Shown piece by piece: positions 1 through 35,034 of a stretch of DNA of 64,000 bases (positions within the stretch are counted from its first letter, which is position 1; each line of letters opens with the position of its first letter). Location of the stretch: positions 20,028,001 to 20,092,000 of the forward strand of contig NC_087436.1 of NCBI RefSeq assembly GCF_036321535.1. The letters run 5' to 3'. The notes under the pieces were generated by a model, which was not told where the DNA came from, did not search any database, and saw only the letters and a program-made list of their open reading frames with translations. This DNA is from Camelus dromedarius. Taxonomy: Eukaryota. A program made the translations under genes and the position numbers.

Positions 1-2579
1 GAGCCTGCACATCTAAACGGCTCTCTAGTTAATAAGAGCTAAGAAGAAATTCTGAGGAGGGGAATGGCATGATCTGACCTGTGTTTTAGGAAGATGTTTC
101 TAACAGCTACAAAGGGAGGACTCAAAAGACAAGAAAGGCAGAGGGAGGTGGTATGTGCAAATATCCCAAGCCGAAGTCACCATCTGCCCCTTAATCCTGT
201 GTTCTTTAGACCAATAAGGGCACACCCATCCTCCAAGTTACTCGAGCCACAAAACTTGGGGTCAACTTGGCCCCCTTCAATCTCTCCTCTTCCTCTCTCT
301 TCCTCCTTCCTTTGAAGGAAGCTAATCAATCCATCCATGTCCTGCTTATTTTATCTGCCAAGTATTTTATGAATCTGTCCTCTTTCCCCTCTTAACATCT
401 CGGTGCCGGTCCTCAGCATCCTTGCCAGGTATCTTGCAATAATTTCCTCTCTGAATGGGACACATCCTTGTGTTGAAAAGGCCGTGAAAAATTTATTCCA
501 GAGCTCAGAAGAAATATCATGATCAGACTTGTAGACACAAAGGTGATGTCTGGAGCCAGCAGGGAGGGTGATAACACCAAGAGCAACAAAACAAAGTCAC
601 CAAAGACAGCACCTTGGGAGATGCCAACTTTACTGCAGAAGGAGGAGGAGGCAACACAGGAGACAGGGAAGAAAGCATCAGAGGAGTCACGGACAAGCAC
701 GCCAGTCAGAGGAGCCACGGCTAGAGTCCTTCCTGTGAAACTGTGCTGGGGGATGAGGTGGGTGAGGCTGAATCACCCAGCTTTTACCAATTTCATGGTC
801 CCTGGTGATCTTTCAGGATGCAATGTCAGTGACAAGTGGGGGATGGAAACCAAATTCCAGTAGGTTAAAGAATGAATCGATCAGAAAAAGCTGGTTACAA
901 GGAGAAAACTCCACTCTTGTATTAAGTTTGATAATGAAATTAAAAATAATCACACATACCTCCCGCTCGCCCAAGATGACGACTTCCCCTTCCCACTCAG
1001 GGAAATCTAACAGTTCCCGCTCTCTCGTTCGCATTCCTTTGAAGAGGAAAAGAGTAAGCTGCTGTCCTTACAATCCCAGCCACGCTCCAAACCAACCCCC
1101 ACATCATTTCCGGTATAATTCACCCTTTGAAGTGCATTTGGTCTGTCTTTACACCATCCCTGCTCTTGCTGGCTGCCCGGACCAGCTTCTGTCAGCCAAA
1201 GACATCTGCAGGGAACAGGCTGCACAGATACAATTTAGGAGCACTTCTCCTAAACACAAGAGTTTAGAGAACTGCAAATAAATAAGTAAATAAATAATCA
1301 AGGGATGGAACGTCACCCCCCCCCTCCCCACCACCAACCCTCTCCTGTGGCCAGAATTATAAAATAAGGGCTCCAGTGTGGAAAGACGAAGGCTTAGCAG
1401 GGAATATGAGAGGCTTCCGGAAAAGCGTGATGGAGATGGCCAGAGAGGACAGACTCAGTCACCAAATTCCAGAAGATTAGAACTTGAAGATCTTGACGCT
1501 TAAAAGAGGTTGTTGGAGTCCTGGTCTCATGCTGCCCTGACCATCGCACTCTGATGTGTCGCAAACCCCACCTTTGCGGAGAGCAGTGGATCGCAGGCCC
1601 TTCGGGGCGGCACAGCACTTCAGCCCGGGAGAAAGAGCTGCACGCCAGTGACCCTGCCCCTGCCTCCTGCCACTTTCCCACCGGAAAAAAGCAACCCTCA
1701 TCAGACATAATGGAAAAGAGGAGTACAGGGTCTGGGGAGCTAGGCAGGAAATAATCTGCTTCTTATTAAGCATCATGAGAAAATGATTCATTCCTGCCTG
1801 AGACACAAATGTAAACATTATCATATTGGAAGCGTCGATTCCGAAGGAGACCATCTGGCAGGGCCTCGCAGCCCACGCTTTGATGGGCAGAGTGTATGTG
1901 TGACCGTGGCGGCTCTTGCGTGAAAGCAGTGAGCCCAGAGGAGGAGGCAAGGTAAGGGTTTTGAGGGGAGTGCCTGGCAGTCAGGCCATCTGCTAGGTAC
2001 CTGACACACGTTTCTCTAGAGGTGGGCCCGCTTTTACAAATGCTGTTCCAGGAAAACCTGAAGTTTCAAAAACAAGGAGTGGTTACTATTTCAGAATCTC
2101 TCCCTTTAAAACTGGATTCTCTCCTTGGGCACCAAATTCCAGAAGAGTGTTTACCTACAAATGTACGGAGCATTCATTGCTCAACATAAACAGTTTTTGG
2201 TGGGGGAAGATGAAGGAAAATGGAGGACACGAAAAGAGTTAGGAGCCACAGTCAATTATAGATTAACCAGAAACTGAAAACACAGCATCTTAAAAATATG
2301 AAGTGAATGTATGGTTCTTTTTTGGTAGAACACAAGTTTAAAAATCTCACATTGTCATTTTTTTTTTCCCCAAAAGGGCAGAAGTATCTGGAATTTGGAA
2401 AACACTGCCCTCTCTGGAGTCAGAGAGATAGCACTGGTTACACACGAAGCGGAGAAGACGTCGCATTTCAGAAAAGAGGAAACGCTGATGACAATTTGAA
2501 GAAACACCAGGTACCCTCGCGGACCAATGTGAACCGTTTTCACCTGGCGGCCCGACTTCTTCAAAAGACTCTGGACTTC

Positions 2580-3425
2580 ATTTTGTTTGCATCTTCTGCC
2601 CTCACTTGCTCCAAGATGCTATTGTGGTCGACTATCAGTGCTGTGTTGGAGCCTTTCCCAAATCTCTTTCCTCTGTGGCACACATCAACGCCAATGGGCG
2701 GTCCTAGAGAATCCGAGGAACAACTCCTCCGTCTAGAGTAGCGGAGGTCAGCAGAGCCTGACCATGGTCGGCTTCCAGTACCTGAGAGTTCATTCCCACC
2801 TTGGTCCTAACCCAAGACCACCAGGCATCCACCTACCGAAGGTCAATCAAGGGCCACATTACACGTCAAAACAGTATCAGCAGGATATACCGCATTCCTG
2901 CTTACTCAGGCATGTCTCAAATTCTAGAGAGAAAGCCAGCATCTATCAACAAGGAGCCCCATGTCTGTTGGAGGCGTTGGGGCTGCAGCTACTCAAGCCC
3001 TAATTACCGCTGAGTTAGGAGAGTGAGTGATGCAGATTATCCAGGCTGCATGTGCTCACTGTCTCTTCATTTCAAACACTTCACTGTGTACATTAGAAGT
3101 GGAAGAAACAGCCCTCATGGAACCCAAATCTCCCAGGAGAATCTGGACCCTCTCAATGTTAACTTCTCTACGCCTCATACTTTTAAATTAAATGTCTAAT
3201 AACCACTGTTAGTACTTTTTAAAAGGTAAGACATGCACATGATAAATAAAAACTGACCCAATGATCATGTTTCAGTAACAATTTTGTTGGCATCTTCTCC
3301 TTTCGTTTGCTCAAAGATGCTCTTTTGGGTCGAGCCTTTCCCAGATCTCTCTCCTCTATGCCACATATCAGCTCCGATGGGGGGACGGAGAGAATCTGTG
3401 GAATGAATTCTTCAGTCTAGAATAG
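2580..3425 (+). repeat. Diverged local direct duplication: 2580-2741 and 3281-3425
   Basis: Hand alignment: 34/41 and 57/71 identical in two blocks, with a net 18 nt indel between them. Confidence 0.85.
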
Positions 3426-4234
3426 TAAGTTTCTGGGCGGTGGGTGGGTAGGGCGGTTGGCAGAGCTTCATACACCAGACCTTAAGCCAATGGTTTTGAC
3501 CTGCTATAAGCTTGGTCACTGTGCAGCCATCTCTGTCCAAACTCATGACAGTTTACTTGGTGACAAACTAGATTACAGAAATGAGGGAACAAACTGTTTA
3601 CCCATGCTTCTTATAAGCCATTAGTCATACAAAGGAATATCTGTAGGTAGGCGAAGGAGGAGTAAAAGAGAAGGAGAGTTAAATGAGAGGAATTTGGAGC
3701 ATCTAATTTCATTTCCTCATTATAGAAAAGAAGTGACTGTGGCCTGGACAGGCTGGGGGAAGGTGGACAGGGTGGGGGAAGGTAGACAGGGGAGAGAGAG
3801 ACAGCATGAAACAAAGATACTTGCTTAATAATTTAACAAATAATAATGGTTTCTATAGCTCATATTAACCCAAGGCAGTCTTATGGCTCAGTTTCAGCAT
3901 CAAATCACAGGAAAAATAGTCCCACTGGAAAAAAAATATATAATTAACAGCAACTCAAATCTTAGCCTCTTCATAAAACACCAAAGATGGGAGTACATCC
4001 TTGATGTACATCCAGAGAGCGTCTTAGGATATTTTCCGCACCTCCCTGGCAATGAGTTCCTCCACACCTTACTCCTTTCTCTGTCTCCAGAACTCCTTCC
4101 CCCCGGTGCTCCCTTTTCTCTCCTTCTCAGAACTTTATTACATAGATCAAGTTAACCTTCCTGGTTTTCTCCTCACCACCTCATATCCTAGAACTGAAGA
4201 CTTGAGCCCTCAGATTGAAAGAGCCTACGGGAGG

Positions 4235-4470
4235 AGGCAGGAAGGAGGGATAAATTAGGAGTCTGAGATTAGCAGATACTAACTGCTATATATGAAATAG
4301 ATAAACAACAAGGACCTCCTGTGCAGCACAGGGAACTATATTCAATATCTTGTAATAACCTACAATGAAAAAGAATATGAAAAAGAACATATGTGTATAA
4401 CTAAATCACTATGCAGTACAACAGAAACTAACACACTATAAATCAATTGTACTTCAATTAAAAAAAAAAA
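4235..4470 (+). mobile_element. 5'-truncated L1 3' end (artiodactyl type)
   Basis: GGGATAAATTAGGAG...AGCACAGGGAACTATATTCAATATCTTG...ACTTCAATT + poly-A; homologous to 5370-5590. Confidence 0.85.
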
Positions 4471-5085
4471 GACTGTTAGTACCAAGAAGAATAAACTTAA
4501 AAAATAAACTCACACATAGAGATATCATAATAAAACTCCAGAATATCATGGTGAAAAATACAATTCTAAAAGATAGACTCTACAAAGGAATGAGAATCAG
4601 ATCAACCACAGAAGTTTCCAGAAAATAATGCAACAGCAGCTTAGAAATGCTCAGGAAAAATAAATTTGAACTTGGCGTTCCATAAGAAGCCAAACTAACA
4701 CTGGAGAGAAGTCAAAATAAACTCTCAGACATACAAACCCTCAGGAAAATTTATTATCCACAGACACTTACTGATGGAGAAAGGAGAAGAACAAAGGAAA
4801 ACCTACCAGAGGATGTACTCCAGCAAGAGGGAAAATGAGTCCAAAAGGTAATCAAGGGGCAAGAGAAACTATATTTATGTTTCATTTTTGTAATTAAAAA
4901 GAAATTTTTGAAAAGGTTGGGGAGAAAGAAAAATAGCAAATACAATTTAATTCTTTACTTTTATTCCCATTCCATTTTACCTTTGCATAATACGTCATTA
5001 CAATTTACAAAATGCTTTCAGATAAACTGTCAGTAGCCATAGTCACAGGACCTACAAAAATATGCTTTAAAAGGGACCATATTGA

Positions 5086-5611
5086 CCTAAATGTCCATCA
5101 ACAGATAAAGAAGCTGTGGTATATTTATATATTGGAATACTATTCAGCTATAAAAAACAATGCTGTTTTCAGCAACATGGATGGACCTGGAGATCATCAT
5201 TCTAAGTGAAGTAAGCCAGCAAGAGAAAGAAAAATACCATATAATATTACTTATCTGTTAAAAAAAAAAAACCCAAAAAACTTCACAAATGAACTTACTT
5301 ACAAAACAGAGACAGACTCACAGACATAGAAAACAAATTTATGGTTACTAGCAGGGGAAGGGGGTGGGAAGGGATAAATTGGGAGTTTGAGATTTGCAGA
5401 TACTAACTACTATGTATAAAATAAACAACAAGTTTCTACTGTATAGCACAGGGAACTATATTCAATATCTTATAGTAACTTATCATGAAAAAGAGTATGA
5501 AAAGAAATATACGTATGTCTGTGTATGACTGAAACATTATGCTGTACACCGGAAACTGACACAACATGGCAAGCTGACTATACTTCAACAAAACAAAAAT
5601 GTTTTAAAAAG
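5086..5611 (+). mobile_element. 5'-truncated L1 with TSD
   Basis: ORF2 C-terminal remnant (KKLWYIYILEYYSAIK) plus 3' UTR; TSD AGGGACCATRTTGA at 5072-5085 and 5612-5625. Confidence 0.9.
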
Positions 5612-7732
5612 AGGGACCATGTTGAAACAAATAATACTTTCAATAAAATCTGGAAATGCCCTCCCTGAGTGTAGGAATGTCCTTCTTGTCATGGAAGCTG
5701 GCTGCTTTGCACCATCATCGTGATTGGGCTGAGAAGGGGTGATGGACGTCAGCTTTAGCAAACTGTTTTTCTTACTCTGCCTACCAAGGTGGACGACACT
5801 ATGAATTGGTAGAGAAGGAGCTGAATAGAAGAACTATACAACTTCAGACCAGCTGATGGACTGAAAAGTGACTCATTAGCTGCCCAGGCTAGGACAGCTG
5901 TGGACTAGAGGCCTCTGGCTGCCAGGATGTAGCCAGAGAGACCCACTCTGTGTAAGAGGTCTGCAAAGGAATGACCTAAGGCCCCACAAAGGCTTCCATG
6001 GAGTGGTCTATGGTACGATCGCCTCGGATGATACACGCCATGAATTTAGGACTTGGAATCTCCCCCTTGATCTATTTTATGCCATCCCAGTGTGTGTCAG
6101 AAAAAGGGGATCAGCTGCCAAAAAGCAAAGAACTTCCTGTTTCTAAAAATAAAATGCTGGCAACACTTCAGGCCCCTATGCCAAGACCAGGCCCTTCCCA
6201 GGATAAACAATAGGTGGCCAAGCTGATCAGAGGCAGGCACTGGGCCTTGCAGGGGGCCTAGGCCCAGCCTGGAATGTCTAGGTCAGGGCATGTGCAGCTG
6301 GAAAGCTAGAAGCCAGAGATGGCCCTCCTCCACAGCAGATGGGGGGCAGTTCCAGTCCCCCGGAGCCAGGGGCCGGGTGTGACAGTGTCCGGTTACACCA
6401 GCAACCTTGACGCAGCTGAGGTCACAGAGCTCCCACCCACCCCCCGCCCCCAGAGCCCCAGAGTGTGCGGTGACAGACCTGGGGCTTTGTGAGCTCCTGT
6501 CCAGAGAAAGTTCCCTGGGAAGGAGAGTTCCATAAGCATCTGTTTGCATCTGCTACTCAGGGCTGAGGCCATCACCTGTCAAAACCTATCATCCCCGCTG
6601 AGAGCCCTCACCTGCCAGACGCCAGCCCCACGACCCACCTTAGTACGTGAATCCTGTAATAACAGTCATCTTTCCCACTCTAATTGCCTCCCGACTCGTC
6701 AAATGCTTCTCCAGCACTTGTTCCAGCCACTGTCAATAGGGTTCAAATCTTCCCTAGACCAGAAGCATGGCTTTGTGCTGGTTTAGGGGGTTAAAAGGGC
6801 TAAGAGGGGGTTAGGGGAGGAGAGGGACTAAATATAGCAAATATTTGCCAGCATAATCACTCCATAAACATGCTTCAGTGGGACAGAGTGTAGGGCCGAC
6901 CCAGATGACGGATGTCACTCACCCGAGTGTCACATCATAAATAAAACTGAATGAGCCCATTTTCCTGCAGACCCAGAACGACGCCTGTTCACACTATAAA
7001 TATTTATGTAGTCATGGTCCTTAAAAGACTTTATTTTTCCAGGTAAGTAGACTTTAATGAAAAAGTTAAGCAGAGCTTTTCCTGCAATTACGGAAGAGTT
7101 GCTGTAGCTCGTCCACAGGCACTCCATGGGGAGGAAAAGGAAAAAAAAAGAAAGAAAAAAAGGGAAGAATAAGGCTCCCTTCCAGGAGGTTGCTCCATGG
7201 AGATCTCATTTATGCCCGTCAAGGTTCATTCTCATTCAAGAAGTGACAGCCTTCAAGGGTGGGGAAGCAGAAACCAGAAGAACTGCATCAGTCCCGCTCA
7301 GTTCAGGCCCGTGTAATGAAGGGAGCATAAGCAGATCCCAGTCACCCAAGGTCAGACCCCTCCCACCACCTCTTCGAGAAGAGACATCCTCCTTTGGGCT
7401 CTCAGCTCTCTCAGCCTGCCTCTTAGGAACAGAAAAAATTGTACCCCTCGCTCCACTACTACGCTCACTGGAAAGGAATTCTCAGAATGTAAGGATGTGA
7501 GCCTGGGTGTCTCGGTGTTTATGTAAAGTCCACCATTCCTGCTTCTTATCAACTCCTTCTGATTCCATCAGCCAGGGCACCTCAGAAACCCCGCCAGAAC
7601 CTGACCTGCTTTTCCTGCGCTCTTCATGGCACCCTCCGCCAAGAGCAAACCCGCCCCCGGCTCCTGGCAGCACTCCCTGGAGCTCCCAAGCCACTGTCTC
7701 TACAACAATACGGGTGAATTTTCATGTCACTT

Positions 7733-8233
7733 TGTAGTTTACTCATCTTGAGACAGGCTGGGACCTCAGACCCGGGACCCTGGGCTGCAATGTTTGCACC
7801 TGACTGGACAATAGAATACAAAAAAAACTATAAAGGACAAAAAAGTAACTCTGTGTATGCATAGCTGGGGCGAATAATGAACAAGATACAAAAAGACCAA
7901 AAGCCCAACTGCCATTTCTGAGGTGTCGGGAGCAAAAGCAGGGTACTGCAGCAGAAGTAGGTACTGCCCATGATCCCTGCACACAGCACCTCCAAGGGGG
8001 TGGGCAGACCACCTCAGCCACCCCTCCAGCCAGACCCCTGGACCCACCCCTACCTGCACCCCATTTAAGGGACCAGCACTTCCCCCTCCCAGGTAGTGAG
8101 CAAGGAAACCTGGTACTTGTTTTTTCTCCCTCATCTTCATCACGAGTCCTGACAAAGCGTTGGCTGAATTTCTCATCTGGCTTCTTATCAATTTCTATTG
8201 ATTAAGGAGGCCAAGAATCCTGGTTGGTTAACA
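7733..8233 (+). mobile_element. Probable ERV solo LTR; left end uncertain
   Basis: 3' end ...ATCAATTTCTATTGATTAAGGAGGCCAAGAATCCTGGTTGGTTAACA resembles ERVL-type LTR ends. Confidence 0.5.
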
Positions 8234-9834
8234 ATCTCTTCAACGTATAAAAACCTTCACCCAAGTCCATCAAGGGGGGGCTTTCCCAAGGATGGCCTTC
8301 TGCCCAGGCTCCCTTCCCTTCCAAACCTCAGGGTGGCCCCCACTAGGTCAACCTGAACCGGCCTCGGTGGGAAAAGCTGATGATCTTTGGGCTCTAGCCT
8401 CTGGAAGTCTTGTTCCACGAGGAACAAGAGTCTCTGGTTTTGTGCAATGAGTCACAGGCTGCCTTGACCGGCCTATCTGGGGAGGCCTGGGGCTGCCATG
8501 TATGGTCCTTGCTCGGTGCCACCCACCTCTCCATGTCAGTTGGAGCTCTTTGCCAGGGCAGCCTGACTCATAAAACTCAGCACATTCCTGAGGCGTTGGA
8601 TAGCCTTTCCTTGTTATTACTTTGCTTTTGTTTTATGCCGCACCTGGTTTCATTTTAAAAATCCAAATAAAATCTCATGGTTAGGGTTTGGGTCGGGTGG
8701 GGGGATAGGAAAGAAAGGAAAGAGTGAAGTCTATGTTAGGGGAAGGAAGAAGGGGCTGGAACTCCTCAAATAGGCAAGACCCAGAACCGCAGAGTAAAAG
8801 GCAGGAGAGAGAGAGGAGGAGGTGCTACAACTGAACTAAGCTTGATCGTCCTTTTTCTGTATGTGATAAAGCACTTGATGCCTAAGTCTCCGCCCCAACT
8901 TAGGCGCAGTTCCGAGTTAGTCCTTTACTCATAAGCCATGTGATCTTCCCTAAAGCCCTACACTTTGTCCCCTCCATAAACCGACAGGCTTATTTTTCAT
9001 GAATTCCAAGGAACTTTACACTTAGAACCTTGTGATTCTACAAACCTATCTATTCCCTTTTTTTCTTGGAACCACAAACCCCAACCTGTGTGTAAGAGGG
9101 CATTTTCCCCCAAACTAACGTTTGGTTTTTGCCTTTGGTGGGGAGAGGAACGGGGGACAGCAAGGGAGAAGGTGTAGACCCAACCATATAAATGTTGCTG
9201 GTCAAACTGAATTTCTGTGGCCAGGTTATTTTGTAAAATCATCTGTAAAGCTGTTAACATTGTTTTTAGAATTAAAACAGTATTTTTTGTTTGTTTTTTT
9301 AAACAATATTCTAATAATCTATGCTTGGTATATAGAAAAAACACAGAAAAAGAAAGAATGAATGATGCTAATTAACAGAACTGTATTTCCTTGTAGTTGT
9401 AAAGTATATTAATTACAAATTGAGATCAGGACGGTTAGGTATTGACTGAGACCTTCAACCGAGGCCTTTACTTCCCTGTGCCCGAGATTCTCTCCGTGAG
9501 GCTGGCCAGGGCAAAAATCCTGGAGGTCCCTGAGTGACTCCAAGGCTGCAGTTTCAGTGCACGGTTTGGCGAGCTTAATGGAAACCATACGAAGGGATCC
9601 CGGGACTCAGACCAGATGGCTTCCCGGGAATGTATTTAGCCTAACCTGGGCTAAAGAACAAAAATAACCACCAGGAGGTTTGGGGAGGAGGAGGAAGTAG
9701 GGGTGGTGGTGCGACTTTTAATTATCTTTTCTACTTAACAAATCTTGTAGAGAAGGACGGTTTGGCAAACGGGAGTAAATGAGGCATTGGGCAGGGCGGG
9801 GGGTGCAGAGGAAGAGGGGTAGGAGGCAGCTACT

Positions 9835-10540
9835 TCCGTAACCACACGAGGTTCGGCCTCCCCTGGTGGGACAACAGGGGTGGGGGCCCTCGGCGCCCGG
9901 GAGGGTGGCGGTGCCTTCCCGTGCAGAGGTCCCCGCGCCTTCCCTCGACCGCGCTCCGCACAGGCGTGGGCGGCCGGTGCTGGGCAGCGGGGGAAAGAGG
10001 CGGGCCGAGTAGGTAGTGGGGGTGCAAGGGGAGGAGGGTCGTAGAGGTGGCGGAGGAGCAGAAGCAGGCGGCCGACCGCGAATGCGGGGGTGGAGGATCG
10101 TGCAGGGAGAGAGGGGAGGAGAGCAACGGGGAGGAGCGGAGAGAGAGGAAGATCTCGACGGGGAGGGGCCTAGACATGGGCAGGGCGAGACGTGGGCGGG
10201 GCCTGGAAGTGGGAGGGGTGGGGCGCCGGCGGGGCCTCGGGGGCGCGAGGCCCCTCTGCAGAGGGCCGGGGCCAGAAAGGCCGCGACTCGCCCCACCCCC
10301 AGGCTCCTACCCCCACTACGACGCGGGCCGCCCCTACCCGCCCGACGGCGGCCGCCAGTTTGCTTCCCGGCGGCGCCTTGCGCGGAGGGAAACCTGGCGG
10401 TGCAAGGCTGCGGCTCTGCCGGCGACTGCTCTGAATACAGAAGAGCCTTTCTCACGCCCCTGAGCCCTTCCCCTCCCGGGACGCCCAGATGGACGGGTCT
10501 GGCTCGTTGGACGCTGCAGCCCACAGCTGTCGGGGCCACA
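9835..10540. promoter_or_regulatory. CpG island
   Basis: About 700 bp, very GC-rich with dense CpG against a CpG-depleted background; GC box GGGCGGGGC near 10194; ETS-like ACTTCCGT at 9832. Confidence 0.85.
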
Positions 10541-10583
10541 GCACCATTTCTGTGGTTCTTGCAGAGAAGTGTGGTTTCAAGTA

Positions 10584-10589
10584 TTTATT
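10584..10589 (-). terminator. Candidate C4orf51 polyadenylation signal AATAAA
   Basis: tttatt on + strand about 210 nt downstream of the stop codon. Confidence 0.6.
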
Positions 10590-10799
10590 TTAAACGAAAA
10601 TTTAATAATGATTATAGCGATACTTTTGTCCCTTCTTCCAATTTAAGAGCGAGGGTAAAAAATTGAGGGATGAAGGCGTTTGAAGCCCAGGGAAGTGCCC
10701 AAGAAAGCCAGCCTGCCCAGGCCGGGAAGCAGGCGTTTTCATACCTTCAAGTCGTTAAGCAAGCTCTGGGCCTCCAGCTTTGTGGCTTCGTTTTCCAAC

Positions 10800-32930
<22,131 letters not shown>

Positions 32931-32944
32931 TCATAGAATGCAGA

Positions 32945-33050
32945 AGCTTGACGCTCTTGAAGTTGCTAAGCAACAGGTCATAAAATTCCACAAATAATTC
33001 TCCCCATCCCCCCACATTTTATCTAGCAAATTTAGACGTTACGTAACTTT
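32945..33050 (-). promoter_or_regulatory. Putative C4orf51 proximal promoter: RFX X-box, half-CRE, PAR-bZIP palindrome
   Basis: GTTGCTAAGCAAC at 32962-32974, TGACG at 32949-32953, GTTACGTAAC at 33038-33047; 130-230 nt upstream of the ATG. Confidence 0.55.
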
Positions 33051-35034
33051 CTGGCTTTTGCTCTAAGCAATATACCGCTACAAATTATGGCAAGAAACAG
33101 GTGGCAACTGCTTTTATAAATAAAACAGTGAAGCCTAATCACGGTGGTTGAAGAGGTGGAACAAAAGGACAGTGCCGAGCATTCATTTCCTTTAAAGACC
33201 GGCCCCCAAGGGTCTGGAGGCAAACATGACCTGTTTGTTATGTCAACAATAGCAGGTGACTCAAACAGCTTCTCACATGTCACAGACAACGCGGCTGAAG
33301 CGGGCAGGGCTCAAGTCGCCCCAGGAGCTGGTAAAATAAGCACCCCACGCCCTGCCCCCATAGATTCTGATTTAACTGGTCTGGAGTAGGGCCCGGGCTT
33401 CGGTAATTTTTAAAAGCTTACTCCTGGAAGGTTCTAAAGAGCAGCCAGGGTTAAGAACTAAGGTCACTGAAATGCCCCTGTGAGCCTGTTCCAGGTTGAG
33501 AAGTCAGCATTCAATTATCTGTTCACCTGATTTCCTCCATCCTTCACTAACAATTCCTCTACACTTGGTTAATATGTTTGCCTCTCCTTCTCCACATTAA
33601 TAAACAACGCATTGGCAAATCGAAATAGATCTTTCCGCATTTGTCCTTTCACTTATCAGTTCTCAGAGCAGAAGTTCTCAAGCCTCTGTGCTCATTCACA
33701 TAACTGGTGGGATTCTTTATAAATACGAATGTCCTGACTCACAAGGTGAGTCCAGCATCAGCGTTAAAAAAAGAATCTCCCTAGGTGATTGGATCGGCAT
33801 CCAAGGGGCAAGTTCAACGTGCGGAGGCCTCACCCTCCCCTCGCTGAGGAAAAAGCCCCGGAATCAGCATATTTCTATGGTCGTGTGATGCAATCAGTCT
33901 TCGAATGCTAGGAATACTGCTCCAGGAGCCAAATTCACACGGTCTTTTTAAAGCAAGGCTGACACACTACAAGGTATGTTTCTTTGAGAGTAAAATTATT
34001 TGAAATAGTTGTTCGTATTTAAAATTAGGAGTTTCTTTCCTTAAAGCTTTGAAATTTGGAACATAAGCACTTTGCCCTAGAAGGATTAGGCAGGTGTTTG
34101 CTTTTTCTCAGGAAGTTGGAGGCTCCTTGGAAAAATCCAGATGAGATGGATGGAGATAAAGAGTGAAGAAGGGGCACCGAAACTGGGCTGCCGGACTCTT
34201 TTCAACCCACCCGAGTGTCAGGTAGCAACTGCCTAGATGCTTAAACCTTTAGCCATTCTAGCACAAATGGTGGCTTAAAAGAAATCTCTGCTAGCAGTAA
34301 ATAATGTTTTGAGACAGGAAAATAAATAGAACAGATGGTGAAAGATTATTTGTAGAAAACATTTAAAATTTTTCTTCTTAGATTGTGTGACAGTCTATAA
34401 ACAAATGCATAATAAAAGAAAGTCTTTAAAAAATAAATTATGGTATAAATGTATTATATTATCACATTCCTTTCCTTTATGTTATTTTTATTTCTTTTCT
34501 TCTTCCCAAATCAATTACGATATCATTTTAACAATTATAACCTCAAGAACTAAAAGTAGTGAAACTTACCAATTTAAACAAAAATGTCTAATACTGGTTC
34601 AGATGGACTTAAGGATTAGCTCATCCATCTATTAGATGTTGAACAAGTCTGTTAAACATAAATTGGATTTCGAATTAGAGAATAAATGGGACAGACTAAC
34701 TGAATTTGTTATCACAAGTATTTAATCTATAAAATCCTAGAATTCTAAATCACCTCGCCCTCATTTTTACTCTTTGTTCTCATTTTATCAGATGCTTCAC
34801 TTCTTTTGGTCCCTCGTGTTCAGTGCTGATCTGTATGGTCTGACTTCCATGTTGAGGGTCTGCATGAAAAACTTCCTTTTGTAACTGAATTATGACAAGC
34901 TACGTTGTTCAGTCCCTGGTATGTCAAATGTGGAAAAACATAATCAAGAGCACTGTGACAACGAACTCCGGATTGTGAGTGCAATTTAGTGAGAACAGAA
35001 GCTTCCCTAGTGAGTGACTTCATACCCAATACAA

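Noticed and set aside
413..1281. ORFs of 101-158 aa near the window start
   Set aside because: Partly L2-like remnants, no protein similarity recognised, no exon structure
1..9700. ZNF827 3' exons expected from recalled human synteny
   Set aside because: No C2H2 zinc-finger or other recognisable coding sequence seen; the gene probably lies outside the window
9718..10666. Long overlapping ORFs (273, 216, 138 aa) on both strands
   Set aside because: Low-complexity Arg/Gly/Pro translations caused by stop-codon scarcity in the CpG island; no recognisable domain
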